A stretch of DNA of 64,000 bases from an uncultured Pseudomonadota bacterium. GTDB lineage: Bacteria; Pseudomonadota; Alphaproteobacteria; Rs-D84. The translations under genes were made by a program, and so were the position numbers. Position 1 is the stretch's first letter; every line of letters starts with the position of its first letter. The DNA is taken from NCBI GenBank assembly GCA_900320405.1, contig OOHM01000001.1, forward strand, positions 203,191-267,190, in the 5' to 3' direction. This document shows positions 29,404 through 41,414 of this stretch, in pieces. The notes under the pieces are model-generated. The model had not been told where the DNA came from. It saw nothing but the letters and a program-made list of their open reading frames with translations, and did no database searches.

Positions 29404-29612
29404 GAATCGGATGGGAATCCGTTTCGGGGCTGTAGCAGGCTCTTTGAAATACCGGTGCAGCGGCATCGTAATCCAATGGATTTTCATGTCTTTGCACCGC
29501 ATATTACCCCGCGTGGTCGGGGTGCCGATGGTTATATATCGAAGATTATCGGAGTCATTGTATTTCATGATTTGCTAACACCCCGACCGTCAATTCCCAT
29601 TGACGGTTTCTT
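29404..29612 (+). ncRNA. unclassified structured RNA element, copy A (5' GGGA-loop hairpin, conserved core cggggctgt..ggtgcag.ggcatcgtaatcc, two further hairpins, 3' terminator-like hairpin) located just upstream of 29636 gene
   Basis: About 70 percent identical to 61823..62051, with compensatory substitutions in three stems. Ends in accgtcaat/attgacggt followed by Us, 24 nt before the ATG. Confidence 0.6.
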
Positions 29613-29635
29613 ACTAGAGACAAAGAGGGAATATT

Positions 29636-30346
29636 ATGAGCAAAAAATTACTGTTCGCCACAATCGCATCGGTTTTGGCAACCGGCGCATTTGCCGACCC
29701 GAAAACCGTAACAACCCAGGATTATGTTGATAATGAATTGGCACAAAAACAAGCCATAATAACACCAACAAATTATTCTGCAACAATCGGCAATACGACA
29801 TACCCTGTCAAAGGATTAGTATTATACCCAGATGCAAATAATTCTGATGCGTCGGGTGCAATTGGCGCAAATAAGTTGTTTGGACGTGATATGGCTTTTG
29901 CATTGGCGGATTATGCTGATTCAAATCCTAATAACGACGATACAAATACTTATTGGTACAATGAATATTTATGGCCGTTCGCACAAGGAGAGACATGTAG
30001 TGGTAGACTTTGTGATGGTTTTACCCCTGGTTTTGCCAATTATGTTATTACGGGTGCCGCCTTGTTTGAAGGTTTAAATAGGCTTAGAATGTATGTTGAA
30101 GATATGATATATGCGGCAAAACCCACAGGTGATGCAAATACCGTTGCTTTGTATGGAAATGACGGTGAACTTAACACATCACGGGCATTATACGATGGTT
30201 CGGGAACGTATAATGCCGGAACCGATGCCGGAAAAATTGCCACCGCCGCCGCGGTTGAAACCAAACAAAACAAAATGACCTGTACACGGTGGTTGGACAA
30301 TGCCGAACACACCGATGCAAACTGTTTGTTGTGGAGTATAAACTAA
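29636..30346 (+). CDS. secreted protein, paralog family A (236 aa)
   Basis: Signal peptide MSKKLLFATIASVLATGAFA, N-terminal YVDNELAQKQ and C-terminal TCTRWLDNAEHTDANCLLWS, shared with the 8048..8467 protein. Confidence 0.6.
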   Translation: MSKKLLFATIASVLATGAFADPKTVTTQDYVDNELAQKQAIITPTNYSATIGNTTYPVKGLVLYPDANNSDASGAIGANKLFGRDMAFALADYADSNPNNDDTNTYWYNEYLWPFAQGETCSGRLCDGFTPGFANYVITGAALFEGLNRLRMYVEDMIYAAKPTGDANTVALYGNDGELNTSRALYDGSGTYNAGTDAGKIATAAAVETKQNKMTCTRWLDNAEHTDANCLLWSIN

Positions 30347-30377
30347 ATTAAAAAAACGGCGCAACGCACCGTTTTTA

Positions 30378-30944
30378 CTATCTGCCGCGGTACATTTGGT
30401 TAAAATGCATTCTGCAAACGGATTTATAATTTGAATCGCCCAATGCGAATTGTTCCCCGGCGCGCACAACGCGACCGTTCGCATCAAACCGCAAATGGTG
30501 CGTCGCCATATGCAAACACCCCGGAATTTGACAGTTAGATTTCAACAGGTGCAATTTTGCGCCAACCTCGACCAATCGTTTTGATGCGGGGAACATTTGT
30601 TCGTTGCTGTCCACCATTAAACCATAACACATAACAATTTTATTTTGCACATCGGCGATTTCGACCATTTTATCAATGTCGGCGGGCGAAAAGAATTGCA
30701 CTTCGTCCACCAATAATACGCGTGTTTCGGGTTTAATTTGAAAATCGTCCAAATTTTTTAACGCCAACGCATCCACCGACAGACCAATTCGCGATGTAAT
30801 CTTGGTTGCGCCGAAACGCGTGTCCATTGCGGGTTTTATAACCTCGGTCGCGATTCCGTTCTGTTTATAATTATACGCGTTTATAATCAGTGCCGCCGAT
30901 TTAGAACTGCTCATCACGCCATAATGAAAGTGCAGGTTTGCCAT
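30378..30944 (-). CDS. tdk: thymidine kinase
   Basis: 188 aa. P-loop GVMSSSKSA and a C-terminal zinc ribbon, typical of Tdk. Confidence 0.8.
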   Translation of the reverse strand: MANLHFHYGVMSSSKSAALIINAYNYKQNGIATEVIKPAMDTRFGATKITSRIGLSVDALALKNLDDFQIKPETRVLLVDEVQFFSPADIDKMVEIADVQNKIVMCYGLMVDSNEQMFPASKRLVEVGAKLHLLKSNCQIPGCLHMATHHLRFDANGRVVRAGEQFALGDSNYKSVCRMHFNQMYRGR

Positions 30945-30966
30945 TTCTTTTTCTCCTTAGCCAAAA

Positions 30967-31899
30967 TTAAATAACCATCGATTCCAATCTTTTTATTCTT
31001 TGTTCCACCGGTGGGTGTGTTGCCAAAATTTCGCCCAAAAACGCCCGCCGCTTTAACGGGTTCGCAATACACACCGATGCCATCGCGCTTTGGGCGGATA
31101 AAGATTTAACCGTCGAATTGCCCGATATTTTACGTAATGCGTTTGCCAATGCAATTGGGTTGCGTGTAATATGTGCACCGCACGCGTCCGCCGCGTATTC
31201 GCGTCTGCGCGAAATTGCCATACGCAATACCGGCGTGATAATCACATTAAACACCGTGAACGCCAACCATACCATCATTATAACCGCCGCGCTGTTATTC
31301 TTTTCATCACTGCGTGGGGCGGAATATGTTATTCCGCGCAATAACGCATCCGCAATAAATACCGTGACACCAATTCCGGTAATAATAAACATATCCAAAC
31401 GTATATCGCGATTCCCAATGTGTGACATTTCGTGCGCGATTACGCCTTCTAATTCCACACGGTCCAATTTTTGAATAATTCCGCGCGTCAACGCGACCGT
31501 TGCATCACGCGGGGACCGCCCCGTCGCAAACGCGTTCAGCCCAGAATCATTTATCACATACACACGCGGTGTTGGCAATCCCGCCGCCAACGCGACATTT
31601 TCGACCGATTTATAGATATACTTGTAATCCGGGTCGGTGTTGTTTATCTGTTTTGCGCCCGCCATATTTAACATCATAGAATCACCAAACACCCACGATA
31701 TAAGTGTCCATATTATGCACACTGCAAAAGTCGGCACCGCAACGCGAACCGCGGTATTCACCGCATCATTCATCGGCATAACAATCCAAGTGAACAAAAA
31801 CACCAACGCAACAAATATAATCGGGAACAATATCACAAGAATTGCGGTCTTGATATTGTTTGCGCGTATATGGTCATAAACGGTTCTAATTTTTTTCAT
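30967..31899 (-). CDS. htpX: M48-family zinc metalloprotease HtpX-like
   Basis: HEMSHIGNRD HExxH motif and several TM helices. Start at MKKIRT. Confidence 0.75.
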   Translation of the reverse strand: MKKIRTVYDHIRANNIKTAILVILFPIIFVALVFLFTWIVMPMNDAVNTAVRVAVPTFAVCIIWTLISWVFGDSMMLNMAGAKQINNTDPDYKYIYKSVENVALAAGLPTPRVYVINDSGLNAFATGRSPRDATVALTRGIIQKLDRVELEGVIAHEMSHIGNRDIRLDMFIITGIGVTVFIADALLRGITYSAPRSDEKNNSAAVIMMVWLAFTVFNVIITPVLRMAISRRREYAADACGAHITRNPIALANALRKISGNSTVKSLSAQSAMASVCIANPLKRRAFLGEILATHPPVEQRIKRLESMVI

Positions 31900-31973
31900 A
31901 TTGAAAATGGTATTAAAAAAAATAATCCCAATCAACAGATTTATTTTTGCATCAAAATGTGGTAAAATGTGGT

Positions 31974-32828
31974 ATGCGATTAAAAATGATGGCATTTTTA
32001 TCGATTGGGTTGTTTTGCGCCGTTGCGGCGCGCGCGGGATTTTTGGTGCCAACCGAATTTCCTAAGGTTGTTGACGATTTGTCTTTCATTGACCGTATGG
32101 CACTAAGAAGTGCGGATTATGATATCCTTGAAAGTGTATATGATGAAAACGGAAATTGTGTTTCGGGTTGCGCGTATGCCATGCCAAAATGGGAAGATGA
32201 ATTGGCCGCGGCAGAGCGTTGGAATCGCCTTGTGCACCAAGAATTGATAGATGAATATGGTTATACCGAAAACGATGATGGGGAATTGGTGCCACCGACG
32301 GACTATAATACATACGAACAACCAACGGTCGATTTCCCATCTATTTCGTCCGCATCGTATGTGGCATATAACCAAAACTGCGCAATCAAAAATTCGTCTT
32401 TTGCAAATTCCGATATACCGCGTGGCAACCCGTTGGGGCATATTGCGTGCATAACATCGCCATTTGGTCCACGCAGTCTGTTTGGACGCGTCTTTCATTA
32501 TGGTATGGATTTTCACTCTGTGATCGGGACCCCGGTATATGCACCGGCAAACGGGGTTGTTGAATGGGTGTGCCGTGGCAGTAAATCATGTGGGAACGGT
32601 CTGCAAATCAAACACGCCAACGGTTATTCTACGCGATATTGCCATTTTGAATCTTTGGCGGTAAAAAAAGGCGACAAATTATCTGCGGGGTGTTTAATTG
32701 GCAAAAGTGGTAATACAGGTCAAAGTACGGGACCGCACCTGCATTATGCGGTTTTGAAAAACGGCACAGCCGTAAATCCACGGGATTTTATTGAGCCGGA
32801 ACACAGAAGTTGCTATATCAAGAAATAA
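31974..32828 (+). CDS. M23-family peptidase (secreted)
   Basis: Signal peptide. C-terminal LytM/M23 domain with HxxxD and HLHYAV motifs. Confidence 0.75.
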   Translation: MRLKMMAFLSIGLFCAVAARAGFLVPTEFPKVVDDLSFIDRMALRSADYDILESVYDENGNCVSGCAYAMPKWEDELAAAERWNRLVHQELIDEYGYTENDDGELVPPTDYNTYEQPTVDFPSISSASYVAYNQNCAIKNSSFANSDIPRGNPLGHIACITSPFGPRSLFGRVFHYGMDFHSVIGTPVYAPANGVVEWVCRGSKSCGNGLQIKHANGYSTRYCHFESLAVKKGDKLSAGCLIGKSGNTGQSTGPHLHYAVLKNGTAVNPRDFIEPEHRSCYIKK

Positions 32829-33186
32829 TTTTACGGAATTTGACGGAAAAACTGCCGTTATTTAATGGAACGCACGAAACAATATATGGACTAAGCACAC
32901 TGTCGCGAACCCAATTTTGAAATTTGATTTTTAATATGCCACTGGCACCGGTGATAATTGTCGCGCTTTTTGCGCCAGATTTTGCAATTTCCATTATTTC
33001 GCCCCACGCCTGTTCAATCGTGTGCATATGCAGGTCCAGTGTTATATGCGATGGAATTTGCACGGGTTTTGGAATACGCCGGGACAGTTTCAATTCGGCC
33101 CGCACTGTTTTCCGTGTGACATTGTCGTCGGGCGCAAAAGGCGCACCAATCATATTGGCAATGTCTTGATCGGATAATTTACGCAT
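32818..33186 (-). CDS. Smr domain protein
   Basis: LDLHMHTIEQAW...ATIITGASG Smr signature. 122 aa. Confidence 0.65.
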   Translation of the reverse strand: MRKLSDQDIANMIGAPFAPDDNVTRKTVRAELKLSRRIPKPVQIPSHITLDLHMHTIEQAWGEIMEIAKSGAKSATIITGASGILKIKFQNWVRDSVLSPYIVSCVPLNNGSFSVKFRKIIS

Positions 33187-33187
33187 A

Positions 33188-33913
33188 TTATTTTTCTAAT
33201 TTTTTTGCCCAGTCGCTGTCCGGGAAATTTAATTTTAACATTTTTGCGTATCCGTCCGCTTGTTCTGGCAAACCGATTGCGGTATATGCCTCGGTCAGGC
33301 GGTACATCGCTTCGGCGGGCATAACCGTTTCCGGCGCATCGGTAAGGACGGATTGAAATTTAGTAATGGCGGATGCCCAATTTTCTTTTCTCATATCGTT
33401 TCGCGCGGAATACATAACTTTGCCGGCGATATAGTTTTTTAATATGTTTATTTTATTTTTTGCGTTTTCGGCATATGGCGACCGTGGGAACCGGTCGACC
33501 AGTTGTTGAAATGCCTGCATGGCATAGACCGACATACCGGGTTCACGGCGAACATCGCTGACCTGGCGATAATAACACATTCCGCGCAGGTATAAAACAT
33601 ATGCCACATCACTGTGCCCGGGGTGAAACCGCATAAAACGGTCGGTGGTAAGCAATGCGCCCGCAAAATCATTGTCCAAATATTGCGAATATGCCGCCAT
33701 AATCAACGCATCCGCGGCCCAAGGACTGGCCGGGTATTGTGTTTCCGCGGTCAAAAATTTTTCGGCCGCATCATCATAGTCTTTATCTTCAAATTCTGCG
33801 TATGCCGCATCATAAAGGTCGGCCAGTGGTTCTTGGGGAACAATTTTTTGGGCGTCGCCTGCGCATCCGGCAAGTGTGGCCCCAATTAAAGTCGCAAAAA
33901 ATATTTTTTTCAT
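33188..33913 (-). CDS. bamD: outer membrane protein assembly factor BamD
   Basis: Lipoprotein signal MKKIFFATLIGATLAGCAG. TPR-like repeats throughout. Confidence 0.75.
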   Translation of the reverse strand: MKKIFFATLIGATLAGCAGDAQKIVPQEPLADLYDAAYAEFEDKDYDDAAEKFLTAETQYPASPWAADALIMAAYSQYLDNDFAGALLTTDRFMRFHPGHSDVAYVLYLRGMCYYRQVSDVRREPGMSVYAMQAFQQLVDRFPRSPYAENAKNKINILKNYIAGKVMYSARNDMRKENWASAITKFQSVLTDAPETVMPAEAMYRLTEAYTAIGLPEQADGYAKMLKLNFPDSDWAKKLEK

Positions 33914-33967
33914 ATCCGTTTATTCCTGTCTTGATTTTATTAGATATTGGGAAGTATAATCCAAACT

Positions 33968-35431
33968 ATGAAACTTGGCAAACATATTTTCGGCGTTGGT
34001 CTTATGACCGGTATAAGTCGCATATTCGGGTTTGTTCGCGATATGCTGATTGCGCGCGTGTTGGGCGCGGGGCGGCTGTCCGACATATTCTTGGCGGCAT
34101 TCAAATTACCGAATCTGTTTCGCGACTTGCTTGGTGAAGGCGCATTGTCTGCGATATTTATTCCTATGTACGCGGATTCGCGTCACGACGAATCGTTTGC
34201 AAAAAATGTTTTTTCGTGGTTGGCGGTTGTATTATTGGGCATAACAATCGTATTTGAAATATTTATGCCGATTGTTGTGTGGATTTTGGCACCGGGCTTT
34301 GCCGATGTTCCAGGCAAAATGGAATTAACGGTTGTTATATCGCGCATAATGTTTTTCTATGTAATATTTATATGCAGTGCGGCATTTTTGTCGGCGGTTT
34401 TGAACGCGTTTTCACGGTTTATGTTGGCGGCATTTATGCCGGTGTTGTTGAATATAATGTTGATTGGTGCGTTGTTGGTGTCTATGCATATTGGCGCGTC
34501 AAGCACGGTTTTATACATAATGGCGGGCACGGTTGTGGCGTCGGGTATAATTCAGTGTTTGGTGCTGTGGGCGCGCATACGACATAAACATTTTGGTCTG
34601 CATTTGGTTGTGCCGCGTTTTACACCGGGAATCAAAACAATGTTCAAACGTTTCGGGGTCAGTATTATTGGAAATGGATTTTACCAAATAACAATTATTC
34701 TTGGTACCCTGGTGGCCAGTTTCGAAAGTGGCGCGGTTTCGTGGCTGTATTATTCTGACCGTATTGTTCAATTGCCATTTGCGATGATAGGGCTTGCGGT
34801 TGGAACGGTTTTGATGTCGTCTATTTCGAATGCGTTGGCGGATAAAAATATGCGCAGTGTTTATATTCAACAAAATTCGTCAATGCGTCAATCTATGATG
34901 TTGATAATGCCGTGTGTGGCGGGATTGTTCGTGTTGGCGGAACCAATTATTAGATACCTGTTTGAATATGGGGCGTGGACGCCGGAATCGACCCACGCGG
35001 TTGCAATTGCGATTATGATTCAGGTCTTTGTTTTGCCCGCCATGTTGATAAGCCAGATTTACAGTAAAACACTTTATGCGTCCCAAGATGTCAAGACGCC
35101 GGTCAAAACCAGTGTTATATCATTGGCGGTGGCGTCTGTGATTTATGTCGCGTTGTTCTGGTTTGTGGGATATTTGGCGATACCAATTGGTGTCGTAATA
35201 AGCGGATATGTTAAAAATTATCTGTTGGGACGTGCGTGCCGGCGCAAAGGCCTAATAAAAATGGATGGTCGAACAATTCGTGCGATGGTGTTGTTTGGGA
35301 CTTTGTCTGCGGTATTGGGCGTGGGGTTGTGGTTTGTGCCAATAACCGGAATTATATCCTTGGGATTGGCGATTATGGGCTTTGGCGTTTTGTATTTACC
35401 AATCGCGTTTTTATTAAACAGAAAAATATAA
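33968..35431 (+). CDS. murJ: lipid II flippase MurJ
   Basis: About 14 TM helices. N-terminal TGISRIFGFVRDMLIARVLGAG matches the MurJ/MviN signature. Confidence 0.8.
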   Translation: MKLGKHIFGVGLMTGISRIFGFVRDMLIARVLGAGRLSDIFLAAFKLPNLFRDLLGEGALSAIFIPMYADSRHDESFAKNVFSWLAVVLLGITIVFEIFMPIVVWILAPGFADVPGKMELTVVISRIMFFYVIFICSAAFLSAVLNAFSRFMLAAFMPVLLNIMLIGALLVSMHIGASSTVLYIMAGTVVASGIIQCLVLWARIRHKHFGLHLVVPRFTPGIKTMFKRFGVSIIGNGFYQITIILGTLVASFESGAVSWLYYSDRIVQLPFAMIGLAVGTVLMSSISNALADKNMRSVYIQQNSSMRQSMMLIMPCVAGLFVLAEPIIRYLFEYGAWTPESTHAVAIAIMIQVFVLPAMLISQIYSKTLYASQDVKTPVKTSVISLAVASVIYVALFWFVGYLAIPIGVVISGYVKNYLLGRACRRKGLIKMDGRTIRAMVLFGTLSAVLGVGLWFVPITGIISLGLAIMGFGVLYLPIAFLLNRKI

Positions 35432-35498
35432 TAAAATAAAGTTGAAACCCACCTTTTTATATGATAAAATGCATTTATAAGAATGTAAGGAGTCCCTA

Positions 35499-36347
35499 AT
35501 GAAAAAATTGGTATCATTGGCGGTATTGACCGCTTTGCTTGCGGCGTGTGCCGAAACGACAAAACCATCTGAATATGGTTCCGACGGGTTTGCCGAAGAA
35601 GCGCTTGCCACGGAAACTTTTAATGACACATATTTGATGGCGGCGGCACCGCGCTATTATATCGGTAATGCGTACAAGGTTGAAGATATTCAATATATTC
35701 CGACCGAAGATTATGCGTATAATCAAACCGGTATGGCGGGAATAATTCCAACCGAATTAAACGGTACAAGAACAAGTAATGGTGAAACATACGATATGGC
35801 GCAAATGGTCGCAACCAGCAAGACTTTACCTCTGCCCACAATTGCCAAGGTCACAAATTTGGAAAATGGCCAATCGGTCGTTGTTCGTGTGAATAATCGT
35901 GGTCCGTTCGTGAATACGCGCATTATGGATTTGTCGCCGGCGGCGGCGGGTAAAATTGGCCTGACCAATCAATCCAAGGTCCAGGTTCAGGTTTTGCCGG
36001 AACAATCCATCGCGGTAAAGAATGCGACCATTGGTGAAAAAACAACAACCGTCACCGAAGAAGAAACGGCAACGGTCACCGCACAACCGGCACCGGTTGC
36101 TGCGTCCGGTGATTACAGCGTCCAAGTCGCGGCGTTTTATGCCGAAGACAGTGCCAATGCGTTGGTTCAAAAAATGCGCGCATACGGTGACGCAACCGTC
36201 GTCAAAGAAGGTGATATGTTCAAGGTTCGTATTGTAAACCTGGATGCACCGTCTGCGCGTCGCGTTATCGATAGCCTGCGTTCCAACGAAGGTATGGCAC
36301 CGGGTCTGTTAAAGAACGGCCGTTGGATAAATGCCGACAGCATCTAA
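35499..36347 (+). CDS. rlpA: septal ring lytic transglycosylase RlpA-like lipoprotein (DPBB domain + C-terminal SPOR domain)
   Basis: Lipobox LLAAC. DPBB core TSNGETYDM...VRVNNRGPFVNTRIMDLS. C-terminal SPOR-like YSVQVAAF...FKVRIVNL. Confidence 0.7.
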   Translation: MKKLVSLAVLTALLAACAETTKPSEYGSDGFAEEALATETFNDTYLMAAAPRYYIGNAYKVEDIQYIPTEDYAYNQTGMAGIIPTELNGTRTSNGETYDMAQMVATSKTLPLPTIAKVTNLENGQSVVVRVNNRGPFVNTRIMDLSPAAAGKIGLTNQSKVQVQVLPEQSIAVKNATIGEKTTTVTEEETATVTAQPAPVAASGDYSVQVAAFYAEDSANALVQKMRAYGDATVVKEGDMFKVRIVNLDAPSARRVIDSLRSNEGMAPGLLKNGRWINADSI

Positions 36348-36397
36348 AAATTAACAATTTTGGTTATTCAAAACCCCGTCAAATGACGGGGTTTCTT

Positions 36398-36907
36398 TTA
36401 ATATGATTTTTGCTGTAATTTCGCAATGCATTGCATCATATCTTGGGCGGTGCCCAAAGATTTGTATTTTACACCGGCTTCATCAAACATTTGAAACGAT
36501 ATATTAAGTGAATCGCGCCACCCCGGAATTTGTCTATCGGGTTCAGGATCCAAATAAATTATTTCCCGAATTCCGCTTTGAATTATAGAACCCGCGCAAC
36601 GCGTGCACGGTGCCATTGTTGCATATAAAATCCCGCCATTTAATCTGGTTCCGTTTCGACCCGCATTCAAAAGGGCGTTTTCTTCGGCGTGAACGACAAA
36701 ATCGTATTTTGTTGGACGGGTCCATCTGGCGGGAACATTATCTTGTATTCCGCGTGGAAAACCGTTGTACCCCATGGATAGTATTGTTTTATTTGGACTA
36801 ACAATCACACATCCAACCTTGGTACTGTTGTCTTTGGACCATGTGGCGATAAGTTGCGCCATCTGCATAAATCTGTAATTCCATTTGTCATTGAACGTAA
36901 GTTCCAT
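36398..36907 (-). CDS. dCMP deaminase (CMP/dCMP deaminase zinc-binding family)
   Basis: HAEENAL and PCxxC zinc-binding motifs. The pattern is dCMP-deaminase-like, not TadA-like. Confidence 0.7.
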   Translation of the reverse strand: MELTFNDKWNYRFMQMAQLIATWSKDNSTKVGCVIVSPNKTILSMGYNGFPRGIQDNVPARWTRPTKYDFVVHAEENALLNAGRNGTRLNGGILYATMAPCTRCAGSIIQSGIREIIYLDPEPDRQIPGWRDSLNISFQMFDEAGVKYKSLGTAQDMMQCIAKLQQKSY

Positions 36908-37018
36908 AATAAGGCCTTTTTATGTTACGTTCTCTCTCTAATTGAACAAATTACAATAAATCTGTGAATTTTCAAGTTTTTTGTTCACTTTTGAATTTTG
37001 TGTGTTATTCTTTCCCTT

Positions 37019-37912
37019 ATGACAAAGACGTATTCTGGATTTATCGCAATTGTGGGACCCACAAATGCCGGCAAAAGCACCCTTATGAATCAAATTATGG
37101 GGCGCAAGGTATCAATTGTTTCGCACAAGGTTCAAACCACGCGAACAAACCTGCGTGCCGTGAAAATGGTCGGGGCGCGACAATTGATATTTGTGGATAC
37201 TCCGGGTATATTTCGCCCCAACCGTCGTTTGGACCGCGCAATGGTGGGTGCGGCGATGGATGCATTGTCGGATGCGGATGCGGTATTACTGATTATTGAT
37301 GCAACGCATGGCATTACCGATACGGTGCGGGGCATAATTGAACGGGTACGCGAACATAAAAACCTGTTTGTCGCATTGAACAAGACAGATTCTGTTAAAA
37401 AGCCGGATTTATTGCCAATTGCCGCAGAATTAAATACTTTGGCACCATTTCGTGAAATATTTATGATTTCCGCGCTGAAAAACGATGGTGTGGCGGAAAT
37501 GTTAAATGCGTTGGCGGCCGTTATGCCGGAATCTCCGTATTTATTTGATGCAACGGATAGTGTCGATGTGCCGGATAATCTGTATTTGGCGGAATTGACC
37601 CGGGAAAAGATTTATCGGTATATTCACCAAGAATTGCCTTACCACATAAATGTTGTGACGGAACGCGTTGATGTTGATGATGCGGGTGTCCTTGATATAT
37701 ACCAAAAAATAGTGGTGGCAAATGATGCCCACAAAAAGATTGTTGTCGGGCGTGGTGGTGCGCAATTGAAACAAATAGGTGTGGCCGCCCGTCACGATAT
37801 ACAGGACCAATGGGGGGTAAACGCACGGTTGCATTTGTTCGTGCGGGTCGAGGAAAATTGGGAAAATATGGCGGAGAATTATACCGACCAAGGTCTTGAA
37901 TTTAAAAAATAG
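37019..37912 (+). CDS. era: GTPase Era
   Basis: GPTNAGKSTL G1 motif, DTPG, NKTD, and a C-terminal KH domain. Confidence 0.85.
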   Translation: MTKTYSGFIAIVGPTNAGKSTLMNQIMGRKVSIVSHKVQTTRTNLRAVKMVGARQLIFVDTPGIFRPNRRLDRAMVGAAMDALSDADAVLLIIDATHGITDTVRGIIERVREHKNLFVALNKTDSVKKPDLLPIAAELNTLAPFREIFMISALKNDGVAEMLNALAAVMPESPYLFDATDSVDVPDNLYLAELTREKIYRYIHQELPYHINVVTERVDVDDAGVLDIYQKIVVANDAHKKIVVGRGGAQLKQIGVAARHDIQDQWGVNARLHLFVRVEENWENMAENYTDQGLEFKK

Positions 37913-37922
37913 AGGAATCAAA

Positions 37923-38318
37923 ATGAAAAAAAATGTAAAAAAATTAACTTTTTTGTCGCTTCTGGCGTTGGCCGGTTGTGCAAACAATAAAAATGTTGTG
38001 ACCGATGCAACAATGAATCGCGCGGTTTTGCGTGATATTAAAACCGGTCGTGAACGCGTGTACGATTGTTCATATAACGACGCAATGAAAAGTGTTTTGA
38101 TTTGGTTGGCGCCAGGTGACACGGTCCAATTGCAATCCAAAGATTGTGCGCGTGGCGTGTTCTTTACACCGGATAATTCGCAACTGATTTATGACGATGC
38201 CGAATTGGCGCGTAGAAAAGACGCGTTGGAACGTGAAAAAATCAGACAAATGGTCAAAATTGAATTTGAAAAACAAGAAGAAATGAAACGAAAAATGCGT
38301 GACGGTAACCACAGATAA
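37923..38318 (+). CDS. hypothetical lipoprotein
   Basis: MKKNVKKLTFLSLLALAGC lipobox. Basic, Glu-rich C-terminus. Confidence 0.5.
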   Translation: MKKNVKKLTFLSLLALAGCANNKNVVTDATMNRAVLRDIKTGRERVYDCSYNDAMKSVLIWLAPGDTVQLQSKDCARGVFFTPDNSQLIYDDAELARRKDALEREKIRQMVKIEFEKQEEMKRKMRDGNHR

Positions 38319-39847
38319 ATGCTGCATACATCAGATTTTGATTTTGAATTGCCACCGGAATTAATCGCGTCGCATCCATTGGAACGACGCGATGCTTCGC
38401 GTATGTTGGTTGTTGACCCAAATGGCATTTGCGAAGTTCCCCTCCTCGGAGGGGTGCCGGGTGAAACCCGGTGGGGTGGGGGTAAAAAAGATATTTGCTT
38501 AAATTTACCTAAAAACCCAAAATTAAAACAACGTGCACGCGAATTGCGCCAGGCCGGCAGTTTACCCGAAGCCTTGCTGTGGAATGAAATAAAAAATAAG
38601 AAGTTAAACGGTCTTGATTTTGATAGACAACATATCATAGGCAATTATATTGTAGATTTCTTCTGCCCGCAAATTGGGTTTGTTATTGAAATAGATGATA
38701 AAACCACACACGACCTTAAAGGTGCGTATGATGAAAAACGTGATAAATATCTTAAATCATTGAACCTTACTGTGATGCATATACCGGCTTCAGATGTGCT
38801 TAAAAATCCGGCATCCGTGGCACAATGGATTTATAATGTTGTTTTTGATACCCCCACCCCGGCGTGCATTGCACGCCACCCCTCCGATAATCACCCAAAA
38901 AATGCTATGCATTTTTCGGGACCCGATGGAGGGGAACTTGTTATTGCCGATAAATATATTCGTGATTTTTTGGACTACCTGAAACCTGGTGATGTGGTGG
39001 TGTTTAACAATTCACGTGTTATTCCCGCGCGCTTTGATGCGGATGGGCACGAAATAACATTACATACCGCGGTGGATGATAAGAATTGGTGGGGGCTGTG
39101 TAAAAAGTTTAACAAAATCAATATTGGCGACACATTGACAATGCGTGATGGCACAACAATTACGGTTGTTGATAAAGATGATGAAAGTGGACTACTGCTG
39201 CGTTTTAATTGCGACAATGTTTTTGATGTGTTGAATCGTGTTGGCAAAATGCCACTGCCACCATATATGAAGCGCGATGCCGAAGTGGCGGACCAAACGC
39301 GTTATCAAACGGTCTATGCCGACCCGTTGGGTTCTATGGCGGCACCAACCGCGGGTTTGCATTTCACCGACGAATTGATGGCGGAAATTGAAAATCGCGG
39401 TGCAAAAATAGTAAAAATTACATTGCATGTTGGCGCGGGAACATGGATGCCGGTTAAAACCGAAAATTTAAACGAACATAAAATGCACAGTGAATGGTGC
39501 TGTATCACACCCGCCCAGGCGGAAATAATAAACAACGCCACGCGTGTCATTGCCGTTGGAACAACATCACTGCGCACGCTGGAAAGTGCCGCCCGAAACG
39601 CCACCGGTGGGGCGCGTGTCGCACCGATTTGCCAAACCACAGATATATTTATCACACCGGGATATAAATTCCGTGTGGTTGATGTGTTGTTAACGAACTT
39701 TCATTTGCCAAAATCTACATTGTTTATGTTGGTGTCGGCATTTTCGGGCCTGGATGAAATGAAGGTCGCATATGCCCACGCCGTTGCGGAAAAATATCGT
39801 TTTTTCAGTTATGGCGATTGTTGTTTGTTATTTAGAAAGGAATCATA

Positions 39848-39848
<1 letters not shown>
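38319..39848 (+). CDS. queA: S-adenosylmethionine:tRNA ribosyltransferase-isomerase QueA carrying an in-frame ~146-aa insertion with a DUF559 endonuclease-like domain
   Basis: N-terminal FDFELPPELIASHP and a C-terminal region collinear with canonical QueA (VFNNSRVIPARF, HVGAGTW, VGTTSLRTLES, TNFHLPKSTL). 509 aa versus about 350 aa for typical QueA. Confidence 0.8.
38448..38886 (+). mobile_element. putative in-frame selfish insertion: DUF559 (Vsr-like endonuclease) cassette bounded by 38-nt GC-rich inverted repeats
   Basis: Left end cggaggggtg-ccgggtgaaacccgg-tggggtgggggta (38448..38485). Right end tacccccacccc-ggcgtgcattgcacgcc-acccctccg (38849..38886), which is the reverse complement apart from a swapped central palindrome. 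The DUF559 motifs ALLWNEI, FDRQH, YIVDFFCP, VIEIDD lie in between. Confidence 0.5.
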
Positions 39849-41355
<1,507 letters not shown>

Positions 41356-41414
41356 ACTGTTGATTTTATTTTTCATATGTTGAAAGATAGTTTATGGTAC
41401 AAGGAAAAACAAAA

